From Pelomyxa schiedti (taxonomy: Eukaryota > Protista > Evosea), in the NCBI GenBank assembly GCA_020536535.1, contig JAHLWZ010000276.1:19524-83523 (forward strand): a stretch of DNA of 64,000 nt, written 5' to 3'. The position numbers and the translations under genes are program-made. Below are positions 23,649 through 35,606 of the stretch, piece after piece (positions within the stretch are counted from its first letter, which is position 1; every line of letters begins with the position of its first letter). The notes below the pieces were generated by a model, which did no database searches, was not told the DNA's origin, and saw only the letters and a program-made list of their open reading frames with translations.

Positions 23649-25973
23649 TCATGAGGCGTTGAATGTTTCCTCTCTTCCCAACATGGAATCCAACCAAGCT
23701 TCAGTTGTGTTGCGCCTGAATGGCACTGTCCTGTTGGAACCTTTGATGTGAGTTGTGAAATACACGTCCAGCTCTGCGATTGTGAATCCAAACTTGTCCA
23801 TTATGAATCGGGCAGCTCCCTGAGACGACATCACGAGAGGCATGAAGTGCTGGCGAATGATGTCAATGTCAATGGTCGGGAACTTGTGCAGGAGCATCTT
23901 CCATTGCTCCAGTTGGAAGTCAAAGTACAATTGGAGAGGCAACCAGTGGTCAAACATCTCGACGACCTGCAGTTGTTGGTTAGTGTAGTGAAAAAACAGT
24001 GGGAGGTTACTTGACTTACTTCATTCAGAGTGATTCCAAAGGTGTCAATCAACCACAGTGCACAGTTCGTCCTTGTCGATTTGACAATCAACCTGTAAAG
24101 GAGCCTGTTGTTGTCCCTTTTGATGTGGATGGATTCAAGACCGAACTGTGTGATTGCCCACTTGATAGACTTGCTTGATTGAAGTACATATTCTTCTGTG
24201 TTCATCAAGCACTTGGCAGCAACATCTTTGGTTAACATTGAGCAGTCAACCAAGGTGACAAACTTCTGGAATTTTGCAAGGCTCAGGCTCATGAATCTCG
24301 ACAAGAGCATTTCCAAGAGGTCAGTGTGTCCACCTTGGTTCAGATCACCGGGGAAAGCCTCCAGAAGGTGAATGAGGGTATCACACTGGAAACTTTTGAC
24401 TCCCTTCTGTGGCAGTGTGTTCCAGATTGACCTTTTGATAATTTCAGGAGACAAGTGTTGAAAGCACCACTCCGATGCTTTGGCACCAAATTGAGTCAGA
24501 CACATTTGAGCCAATTTTTCGGCAGCTGGGGCACATGAATTCACAGATTCCATCACACTGAAATGTGATTCCAACCAATTTGCAATTTCAATGTTTCCAG
24601 AAAAAAGTGCCTTTTGGAGGGAAAGCTGAAGGTCGCCAGGTTGCAGCTCCACTCTCGTTGAGAGCCACTGTGGAAGAGCACATTCACCTCCGAGTGTGGA
24701 ACACGCACACACAAAAGTGGATGCTGTTGGGATGAAATGCTGTTCAGTGACAAGCCACTCAACAAACTTCACATCCCCAACCACCCTGCACATTTCATTC
24801 ATGTAAGCACTTGGTGCACCATACGGAACCGCAGAAATCACCCATTTGGCAATTTCGAATGTCTTTATCCTTGGCAGTAAATACAAAGGGGATTTCTTCA
24901 GAGACCCATCCACCATCTTTCAACCATTGACACAATTCAACGGTGCTGTATTTGTTGCTCAAAAGTGGTGACAATAAGTTGAACCTCTTGAGCTGGAAAT
25001 TGTCAATGCACCACTTGATGTTGCTGGGTGCATCACCCATTAAAACCTCCTCAGCCAAACTTTTTAAAACGGCAGGAGTCCACCTCTTGATCAGGTTAAA
25101 CTCACCCAGCACCCACTTGAGCACCTCAATGTGACCCTTCAGTGCCGCAGCACTGAGGCCTGGCATAAAGATCCACTTGGCCTCATTCCACCCAATCCCA
25201 AAAGCACACACAAACCACTTCACAGTCTCGACACTTCCACTCATCAATGCACTTTGAAGGACGTTGCAATGACCACATGATTCCCTGACAAACTCCCTCA
25301 GCTCATTCCTCAATTGTTCCACAACATCCACAGTGGACCCACCTCCATCAACAACACCAACAGAACCACAACCAATGCAACAACAATAATAACTTCCAAT
25401 TGAATCACAACCCCAACCCCACTGGGGCACCACGCGGCCATCCCACAATGACAAAGGGAACGTGCCCTCTGCGTTGATCACACCCTCGCCACCGCCCCCA
25501 CTCCCAAACATGATCCGCGCCGCTTCCACGTTGCCAGCCTCGCACAGCCCATCGGCAACACACGCGGCCTCCTTGATGGTTCGCATCCGATGCACCAACC
25601 AGCACTCCCTCCTGCCTCTGCCGCCGCCGCGGCATCCCACAATCGGGGGCCGAGGGCGTGTCCTCGCGATGATCCAGGCCACGCACGAGGGGCTCCCCGC
25701 CACCGCGGCGGCCTTGATCGCCCGGTAGTGCGGCACCGTGTTGGGACACTCGCGGCACCTGCGCAGTTCGCGGGTGCAGGCGAGCCCAACAAGCGGGAAC
25801 ATCGCCTCGGCAACTCGGAACACATCGACGTTTACGGGGGCCGAGGATGGGGAGGGAGAGGGGGAACCGGGGCTGTAGTCGAGCCATCCCGGCGCCACCA
25901 CGTTGTCCCACACAACACGCGACGTCGCCAGAATGCGATCGGTGTTGCGTTGCTTCTCGGTGGTGCCCGTCAT
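23649..25973 (-). CDS. Lineage-specific degenerate ankyrin-like repeat protein, tandem copy A1
   Basis: About 2 kb first exon plus one intron near 23967-24019; the supplied ORFs 24795-25973 and 23831-24916 are in different frames, so there may be a frameshift near 24800-24900; SRVVWDNVVAPGW N-terminal motif; ALMSGSVETVKW, AALKGHIEVLKW, ALFSGNIEIANW repeats. Confidence 0.7.
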
Positions 25974-26020
25974 CGACCAACGAATTTAATTCGATTGGAG
26001 ACAAAATTGGATGGATCATT

Positions 26021-28344
26021 CTATCCCTTTGCCACGCGGGCAGGAAGGTGTTGGTGCGTTTCATGAGGATCCTCTCTTCCCAACATGGAGTCCAACCAAG
26101 CTTCAGTTGTGCTGCACCTGGATGGCACTGTCCTGTTGGAACCTTTGATGTGAGTTGTGAAAAACACGTCCAGCTCTGTGATTGTGAATCCAAACTTGTC
26201 CACTATCAATCGAGCAGTTCCCGGAGATGACATCACGAGAGGCATGAAGTGCTGGCGAATGATGTCAATGTCAATGGTCGGGAACTTGTGAAGGAGCATC
26301 TTCCATTGCTCCAGTTGGAAGTCCAAGTACCATTGAAGAGGCAACCAGTGGTCAAACATCTCGATGACCTGCAGTTGTGGCGTTGAGTCAGTGACATAAT
26401 GGTGGAAGTGTTGACTTGGCTTACTTCATTCAGAGTGATCCCAAAGGTGTCAATCAACCACAGTGCACAGTTCGTCTTTGCCGATTTGACAATCAATCTG
26501 TAAAGGAGGCTGTTGTGGCCCATTTTGATGTGGATGGATTCGAGACTGAAATGTGTGATTGCCCACTTTATGGACTTGCTTGATCGAAGTGCATATTCTT
26601 CTGTGCTCATCAAGCACTTCGCCGCAACATCTTTGGTGATCATTGAGCAGTCAACCAAGGTGACAAACTTTTGTAATTTTGCAAGGCTCAGGTTCATGAA
26701 TCTCGACAAGAGCATTTCCAAGAGGTCAGTGTGCACGCCTTGGTTCATGAAACCAGGGAAAGCCTCCAGAAGGTGAATGACGGTGTCACACCTGAAACTT
26801 TTGACTCCCTTCTGCTGCAGTGTGTTCCAGATTGAACTTTCAATGATTTCAGGAGACAAGCGTTGAAAGCACCACTTCGATGCTTTGGAACCAAGTTGAG
26901 TCAGACACATTTGAGCCAATCTTTCGGCAGCTGTGGCACACGAATTCACAGATTCCATCACACTGAAATGTGATTCCAACCAATTTGCAATTTCAATGTT
27001 TCCAGAACAAAGTGCCTTTTCGAGGGAAAGTTGAAGGTCAGCAGGTTGCAGTTCCACTCTCGTTGAGAGCCACTGTGGAAGGGCACATTCACCTCCGAGT
27101 GTGGAACACGAACACACAAAAGTGGAGGCAGTGGCGATGAAATGATTTTCAGTGACAAGCCACTCAACAAACTTCACATCCAACATTTTGCACATTTCAT
27201 TCAGTGTGTAGACACTTGGTGGTTCTCCATAAGGCACTGCAGAAACGAACCATTTGGCGATTTCGAATGTCTTTATCCTTGGCAGGAAAAACAAAGGCAT
27301 TTCTTCAGAGACCCATCCACCATCTTTCAACCATTGACACAATTCAACGGTGCCGTGTTTGTTGCTCAAAAGTGGCGACAATAAGTTGCACCTTTTGAGC
27401 TGGAAATTGTCAATGCACCACTTGATGTTGCTGGGTGCATCACCCATTAAAACTTCCTCAGCCAAACTTTTTAAAACGGCAGGAGTCCACCTCTCCATCA
27501 GGTTAAACTCACCCAACACCCACTTGATCACCTCAATGTGGCCCTTCAGTGCCGCAGCACTGAGGCCTGACATAAAGATCCACTTGGCCTCATTCCACCC
27601 AATCCCAAAAGCACACACAAACCACTTCACAGTCTCGACGCTTCCACGCCCCAATGCACTTTGAAGGACGTTGCGATGACCACATGATTCCCTGACAAAC
27701 TCCCTCAGCTCATTCCTCAATTGTTCCACAACATCAACAGTGGAACCAGCTCCAACAGAACCAACAGAACCACAACCAATGCAACAACAACAATTGTTGT
27801 TGCCATTTGCGATCGAATCACAACCCCAACCCCACTGGGGCACCGCGCGGCCATCCCACAATGACAAAGGGAACGTGCCCTCGCCACCGCCGCCACTCCC
27901 GAACATGACCCGCGCCGCCTCCACGTTGCCAGCCTCGCACAGCCCATCGGCAACACACGCGGCCTCCTTGATGGTTCGCATCCGATGCACCAACCAGCAC
28001 TCCCTCCTGCCTCTGCCGCCGCCGCGGCATCCCACAATCTGGGTGCGTGTCCTCGCGATGATCCAGGCCACGCACGAGGGGCTCCCCGCCACCGCGGCGG
28101 CCTTGATGGCCTCGTAGTGCGGCGCCTCGTCGGGACACTCGCGGCACATGCGCAGTTCGCGGGTGCAGGCGAGCCCAACGAGCGGGAACATCGCCTCGGC
28201 AACTCGGAACACGTCGACGTCGCAGTTCCAGGAGGGGGAACCGTAGTCGTGGAGCCATCCCGGCGCCACCACGTTGTCCCACACAACACGCGACGTCGAC
28301 AGAATGTGATCGATGTTGCCTTGCTTCTCGGTGGTGCCCGTCAT
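26021..28344 (-). CDS. Lineage-specific degenerate ankyrin-like repeat protein, tandem copy A2
   Basis: Long open first exon from ATG 28344 (MTGTTEKQGN..SRVVWDNVVAPGW), one 3' intron, last exon MFDHWL...LDSMLGRE; high nucleotide similarity to A1 and A3. Confidence 0.8.
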
Positions 28345-28391
28345 CGATCGATCGCCGACGATAACGAATTTAATTCCAAAATTTTTTTTTG

Positions 28392-30667
28392 TTATGATGA
28401 ACAGACACGTGGAAGTATTACCTCTCTTCCCAACATGGAATCCAACCAAGCTTTAGTTGTGCTGCGCCTAACTGGACTTATACTGCTGGTACCTTTGATT
28501 GTGAAAGACACGTCCAGCTCTTCGATCGTGAATCCAAACTTGTACACTGTGAACTGAGCCGTTGCTGGAGATGAGATAACGAGAGGCATGAAGTGCTGGC
28601 GAATGGTGTCAATGTCAATGGTCGGGAACTTGTGCAGGAGCATCTTCCATTGCTCCAGTTGGAAGTCAACGTAACACCTGCGAGACAACCAGTGGTCAAA
28701 CATATCTACGACCTGCAGTTGTGGTGTTGAGTCAGTGACAAAATAGTGGAGAGGCTGACTTGACTTACTTCATCCATAGTGATTCCAAAGGTGTCAATCA
28801 ACCACAGTGCGCAGTTTGTCTTCTTGGCCCTGACCATCAACCTGAAAAGGAGCCTGTTGTGGTCCATTTTGATGTGGATGGACTCGAGACTGAAATATGT
28901 GATTGCCCACTTGACAGCCTTGCTTGATTCAAATGTGTAGATATAATCTTCAGTGTTAATCAAGCACTTCGCCGCAAGATCTTTGGTGATCATTGAGCAG
29001 TCAACCAAGGTGACAAACTTTTGTAATTTTGCAAGGCTCAGGTTCATGAAATTAGACAGGAGCTTTTCGAAGAGGTCAGAGTGCCCACCTTGATTCATAC
29101 AACCAGGGCAAGCTTCCAGAAGGTGAATGATGGTATCACACCTTAAATTTTTGACTTCCTGCCGCAGTGTGTTCAAGAATGACCTTTTGATGATTTCAGG
29201 AGACAAGTGTCGAAGGAACCACGTTGACGCCTCAGCATTGTGAGTCAGACACACTTGAGTCATTTCTTCAGCAAGTGTGGCACACGAATTCACAGATTCC
29301 ATCACACCAAAATGTGATTCCAACCAATTTGCAATTTCAATGTTTCCAGAACAAAGTGCCTTTTGGAGGGAAAGTTGAAGGTCAGCAGGTTGCAGTTCCA
29401 CTCTCGTTGAGAGCCACTGTGGAAGGGCACATCCACCTCTGAGTGTGGAACACGCACACACAAAAGTGGATGCTGTTGGTATGAAATGCTTTTCAGTGAC
29501 AAGCCACTCAACAAATTTCACATCTCCAACCACCCTGCACATTTCATTCAGGGTACCAACACCTGGTTCAACTTCAGGTGAAGCAGAAAGAGCCCATTTG
29601 GCAAATTCAAAGGTCTTTATCCTTTGTAGTGAATACAAGGAAATTTTTTCAGACCCCCATCCACCATTTTGCAACCATTGACACAATTCAGACGTGCAGC
29701 GTTCGTTATTCAAAAGTGGTAACAATAAGTTGCACTGTGTGAGTTGAAAATTATCAATGCACCACTTGATGTTGTTGGGTGCATCACCCATTAAAACATC
29801 CACAGCCAAACGGCGTCTAGTATTAGGGGACCACCTTTTTATCAAGTTAAACTCACCCAGCACCCACTTGATCACCTCAATGTGGCCCCTCAGTGCCGCC
29901 ACTCTCAGGTTATCTGTGAACACCCACAGGGCCTCATTCCACCCAATCCCAAAGGCAGACACAAACCACTTCACAGTCTCGACGCTTCCACTCCTCAATG
30001 CACTTCGAATGACATAGCGATGGCCGAATGATTCCCTGGCGTTGCAATGATCACACGACGCCATGACAGACTCCCTCAAATCATTCCTCAGTTGTACCGC
30101 AGCATTCCCTCCATTTCCGACCGAATCACAACCCCAACCCCACTGGGGCACCACGCGGCCATCCCACAATGGCAAAGGGGCCGTGCCCTCGCCACCGCCG
30201 CCACTCCCGAACATGATCCGCGCCGCCTCCACGTTGCCAGCCTCGCACAGCCCATCGACAACACACGTGGCCTCCTTGATGGTTCGCATCCGATGCACCA
30301 ACCAGCACCGACTGTCGCTGCTGCCGCCGCCGCGGCGTCCCACAATCGGCTGCCGAGGGCGTGTCCTCGCGATGATCCAGGCCACGCACGAGGGGCTCCC
30401 CGCCACCGCGGCGGCCCTGATGGCCTCGTAGTGCGGCGCCTCGACGGGACACTCGCGGCACCTGCGCAGTTCGCGGGTGCAGGCGAGCCCAACGAGCGGG
30501 GACATCGCCTCGGCAACTCGGAACACGTCGACGTCGCAGTTCCAGGAGGGGAACCGGCGGTCGCCTTTGTCGTCGAGCCATCCCGGCGCCACCACGTTGT
30601 CCCACACAACACGCGACGTCGACAGAATGCGATCGATGTTGCCTTGCTTGACATAGTTGCTGCGCAT
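28392..30667 (-). CDS. Lineage-specific degenerate ankyrin-like repeat protein, tandem copy A3
   Basis: ATG 30667 (MRSNYVKQGNIDRILSTSRVVWDNVVAPGW), same motifs and same single intron position as A1 and A2. Confidence 0.8.
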
Positions 30668-30744
30668 TTTGGACCTTGGCAGAGAAAATACCAGGCAGTT
30701 CCGGGTCCGTTGAATATTTTGTTGCTTGTTGAGATTGATTTGTG

Positions 30745-33700
30745 TTACAATTTGAGCTTGGTGGTGACGTGCTTGAGGAACTCTATTCCGAGCGCAGAGG
30801 TGTGGTTGTCCTTTGTTGTCGGGGAAAGTATTGGGGAGTATACAGCCACGCCACACACATCAGGCACAATGAGCAGAGTGAGGCCAGATACGCCGCCAAT
30901 CGAGAACCATTTTGTGCCTGTACCACTGCCGGCACCCCCGCGCAGTGATTCCGTGCACGGGCTGTGCTGCGCGAGGGACTGTGATAGTGATATCCCGGTG
31001 TTGCCGGCCGTGCAGCTCCTGTGTGTGATATATATTAGATTAGTTTATGTGCGGATGAGAGAGTTGAGTAATTTACGATTCCAGCTACTCGTTATCATTA
31101 TATTATTAGCAGTTGAAGTATTTTCCGGCTTTTGAGGGACTTACTTTTTTGAGGTTGGGCAACAGAAGTGGTTTGCCATTGTGGCGGCGTAAGTAGCGGC
31201 CTGCGTGAGGTTCATTTGGAGGCTGTTTACCATCAACACGAAGTCCACTACATCGCGGACATCGGCATTTCCGGGAAGGTTTCCAGTGGCTCTCTTAAAG
31301 TAAATTTAGTTATAGTTAGCAATTTGGTTACAGGTGCCCACCATTGCGAATGCTCGGGCGAATTCTTCATTTGCGTGGTCGATGGATGATAAGTAGGCGG
31401 GCATACTGAAGCTTACATCAGAACCACAGAACATGGAGGCCCTACGGAGTTTAAGTTGGAAGTTTGAGTTCCGTATCGGAAGGAATACTTGGAGGAAAAG
31501 TTGGACAGTAGTTCCCACGAACTGGGTTTGGGATTAAGTAACACAGCAGACATAACACTCGCACCAACAGCAGCAGGTTCCCAGGGGTGAGCAGGTTTAC
31601 TTCCAAACTTCACTGCTCCGGAATTTCCAAAGTGCGAATTTATCTGCAAGGTGCACGTTACGTGCATCACAGGATAAAAGTACTATTTACCTGCTCATCA
31701 ACCATTTCATGGCACAGGGTATACAGGACAGGGTAACTGGCGCATTGCGTTGTTATCAACTTTGAAGCGTCTCCATGTACAAATACACTTCCCCCCACTG
31801 AACACACAGCAAAACCGGTGTTGCTCACCTCGACCTAAGCTTGTGCATTAGTCATGTGATTGGTGTGGACGATGGTACCTGAGAAAGGAACGGTGTAGCT
31901 GACGAGGGGGACCCAGTTGCTGGCGAAATTGAGGTGAAAACAGAAACCAAGTCTTTGCAAAATCTTGAAAAGGGTGGCAATGTCTGGGGCCAGAGTTCCT
32001 GGGGACGGTATCAGTTCATAGTTAAAAACCTTACAAGACACACACATCAGTGGTCTCAGCAGGAGCGGCGGGAGAAGCAGGTGTACTTGTTGGAGTCTCG
32101 ACAGTGTCTTGAGGTGGTGGTGTGGTTGGTCGTTGAACGGGTCTTACCCCCAAAATCGGCTTCGCTCTGGTTGTAGTACTTGGAGCAACAGCTGCGACTG
32201 CCGTATCCGGCTCTTTCACTGGCTCTTTTTGTGGAGGTGGTTCCTTTTGTACAGCTGCTGGTGGGGGAGGCTCTTTCTGTACTGGTGGTTGTGGTTCGGT
32301 TTTCACTGGTGCTGGGGCCGCGGGCTCTTTTGGGACTACTGCTGGTGATGCTACTGGTTGGGCTGTGGGGTCTTTTGCTCGTGGTGGTATCACTGGATTT
32401 GCACGTGGAGGAACACCTGGCCGTACTCCAGGTGTAGGTTGTTCCCGGACAGGAGTTTTTGGGGGTTGTGCTCCGGGGGTGACGGGTGTGGTTGTGGTTG
32501 TGGTAGTATCACTTTTAGTTAGATTAGCACGGCCAGTTCCTGTCTGATAACCGAAATAATCAGTATCGGCGTTTTATTAAGAAGGGAAAAGAAAGAAACA
32601 ATGCATACTCGAGGAGGCAGTGCTACTCCCCTTGCAGCACCAGGAGGTGGAGCTGTGGGTGTAGCTGTAGGTGGTTGACTTGTTGAACGTAATTTTACTG
32701 CCAATGGACTTGCTACGGCAGGCGGCTCTTTTTTCTCTGCTGGGGGAGTGGATACTCTGACACCTTCATATGACATTAGAGTTTTGTTCCAGTACTCCGT
32801 TATTACCTCCGCTGCGAGCTGCTATTCGATCAGCAAGTTGTTGATTAAATCCAGGCAGGGCCACAGTGTTTCGGTTCACGCGAGGTCCACCAGTAGCAAT
32901 AGCAGCCGCGGCCGCGGCCAGTCCTGCGTGCACTGCAGCTGGACCACCAACTCCACTTGGTGTGGTTTGAGGGGTACTTGAAGTTTCTTCACCTGTTTCA
33001 CTGGCATCTTCTGTAACACTAATTGTCTGATTTGATTAATTAATGACGATAACAGGTGAATATATTACGCACTTTTACAGTGGAACCAAGCCTCGTTCCC
33101 CTTGTTGGGGGTCTTCGCTTTGCTGCTCCGGCTGAGCGAGCTGATTCATGTTAGGTTTTGGTGGCTAGAAAGTGGCAGCTGTACCAACATGTGTGAGTCG
33201 CACAGAAGTGTTGGCTGTTAGCACTTCATCAAGTTTTGTATCCACCTGGCTGACTTCTTTTTCAGTTATGACTGTGACAAAATTGGCTGGAAACCAGCCA
33301 ATAGCACCAGCAAGTTCCCCCTGCCACCACCCACTGTCATCCTTGACTTTCGTAAGGGTACCAGAAGGAGGATCAAAGTTATAACTTGTTGTAAGACGGT
33401 AATTATATCGCCCTCGTGAAAGCCAAGCTCTCCATCAGCTGCCACTTCATATGTATAGGCTCCCCGGCATTTTACTTGCTCCTTTTATTTTTATAAGCAA
33501 AGGATCAGGAACTTCGTTCTCCATACATGCTTTCCCACTTCTGCCAGAGCAGCGGAGGCCAACCCTTTCTCTGGTTCTACTTCCTCTGCAGGAGTTTCTT
33601 CTATTAATGAGAGAAAGTTTTAGTGCCAGTCATTAATAATGGAAATAACCTTCATCTGGTAGCCTCTCTGCAAAGTTGCTTGGGAAAACACCGACAGCAC

Positions 33701-34418
33701 CAGCCACCTCTCCCTTAAACCAGCCACTGGGATCCTCAGATAACACATTTATAATATCCTTATCTTTGAAGGATAATTCAAAGGGATCCTGGAATTGGAA
33801 TTATAGGGGACACAAAGGCGAAAAGAGAAACCGCGGCATCATAATCGTAGTTTGCTTTCATCTATTCAGAAAGTTACGAATCAACAAGCAATTTCAAAGG
33901 AGGTAAACCTTGAACAGTACAGTGGTTGGAGGTGGTGGTTGTGCGGAACCAGGAGTTACTGCCGAAAAGAGAGAGGGCCACTGGCCCTTTTGCCCTTTCT
34001 CCAGAGTTATAGCTACTGTTCCAGGGTTTCCGGCCTTATGAACCCACTTGCATTGGGCCGGCTTGACAGCAGCATACAGTGTTCCCTGTCACATAGTTAT
34101 CCCAACGAAACAATAAGAAATAATACATAGTGATAAGAGATATAACTAAAAAACTTACCTCACAAATTGGAGCGGCAGCCTTGAACCCAGCCCTAAAATT
34201 AGTAGCAGTGATCACAACCTCAATGTCTTCTTTCTTTTTGTTCTGAGGGCAACTGAAACTCACAGTAGCAGTGCTCCCGCCCTGCAGCCACTTAAACGCT
34301 GCTGCTGCCTGTGTCACCAAAAAAAACATTATGGGTGTTAGGTGTGTATTGAACTCAATAGGTTTGGTAACAAAAAAATAACAACAAAAAAACGGCCAAC
34401 AACTACCCCTCCGCCCAT
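30745..34418 (-). CDS. CS(p23/NudC-like)-SH3-SH3-proline-rich protein with C-terminal catalytically degenerate glutaminase domain; multi-exon
   Basis: FKWLQGGSTATVSF..KKEDIEVVIT (CS); ELSFKDKDIINVL..SGWFKGEV..GVFPSNF and ELGFHEGDII..SGWWQGEL..GWFPANFV (two SH3); 30745-31998 splices to LPPFSRFCKDL..GFAVCSVGG..HGDA..TTQCASYPVLY..FSMPAYLS..AATMANHFCCP..GGVSGLTLLIVPDVCGVAVYSP..SALGIEFL, collinear with glutaminase. Confidence 0.8.
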
Positions 34419-34696
34419 AATCGCGATAAAGCGAACACCTTGGCCATTGAAAGAGTATTTCGGTGGCACTACGCAATTATGGGTCCTGTTCGCTGGCGTG
34501 CCGTCTCCTAAACCCAACGATTGATTGGGCTCGTTTTTTTTTGCTGGTTTTTTCACTTCTTTCGGTGAGTTTTTGTCAACGGGTGAATACCTCGACCCTC
34601 TGTAGACATAGAGTTTGAGCTTTCGTTCGGATCTCGATTAGTTCTGAAGGGGTTCTGTGAGGACCAGAAAAATAGGAGATTGCAGATTGGGGGGCG

Positions 34697-35426
34697 ATGT
34701 CGTCGGTGGTGGCGTGTGTTGCTGTGGTCGGTAAAAACGTGCGTTCTGTTTGTTTTGTTGCCGCGTTGCGTGCATTCACTTGTGGGAGCTGGGTTTCTTT
34801 TTACTTCTGGATATTGTGTTTGAACCGACACATAGAACAATCCATTGTATATAAGGGCATTTAAAGAGCAAGAAGACAAACTCAAATTTCACTACATTGT
34901 ACACACATCATTGGATGTTGTTGAAGAAAAACGTAAAGACTCCTTGTAGCACCTTTCAAACCCGCTAACGTACGAATCACACAATACAGTGTCTACTACG
35001 CCAAGTACTGGTTCTGGAGGTAAAAACGACGCCCCATCCTCTTATCTTGGCCTTTTGTTTCCCACAGAGGAGCACAAAGTGTATCTATTATCTATATATA
35101 TATATATTTATGTAATTCACTTGTCGGCAGGTATGGTTATATCACATGTACAAAGAATAAGTTTATTGCTGTGATCGATGACATAGACATAAAAGACAAC
35201 CAGATGAAAGCTGTATACCCTCCATCCCTATCTTTCTCTCCTCCCTAAATATATTTCCCCAACCTCAACCTAACTGGCCGGTTAGTTTTTCAAGCAATTC
35301 CACAGTATATTTGCTGATGCCATGTGCACACCATTCCAGACCAGTGACAAAAGAATCACATCCAAGAGATTTGAGTTAGAGGTAGAGAAGGCATGTGCCA
35401 CACTCCACAGTACAAACAAATCCTGA
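34697..35426 (+). CDS. TRAPPC2L: TRAPP complex subunit 2-like (sedlin family)
   Basis: Spliced [70 protein letters not shown]. Confidence 0.93.
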
Positions 35427-35606
35427 TTCTGAGTCGTCTCTCATCAGTACTTTTTTTTTTTGATTTCGGTTTGCGAAAAGTGTACAACAACGGGTGATGG
35501 CATGGTGTTGTGACATCATTCCCCTGCGCATTTTTGGTTTGGCATATGTGTTCATTTTTCGAACACGTGGTGGACAAAGGCCATTCCGCAGATCTTGTGC
35601 CCTTGG

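Noticed and set aside
25974-26020. Spliced-leader trans-splicing to explain the tiny spacers
   Set aside because: No AG acceptor between stop and next ATG in the 47-bp or 37-bp spacers.
28345-28449. N-terminal extensions of A2 (to 28449) and A3 (to 30856) in the ORF track
   Set aside because: They start at non-ATG codons and overlap the upstream genes' last exons; paralog alignment supports ATGs at 28344 and 30667.
30860-31015. Strongly base-pairing GC-rich segment that looked like a structured ncRNA
   Set aside because: It is the last exon of the glutaminase-like domain on the minus strand; it splices in frame and encodes GGVSGLTLLIVP..YSP.
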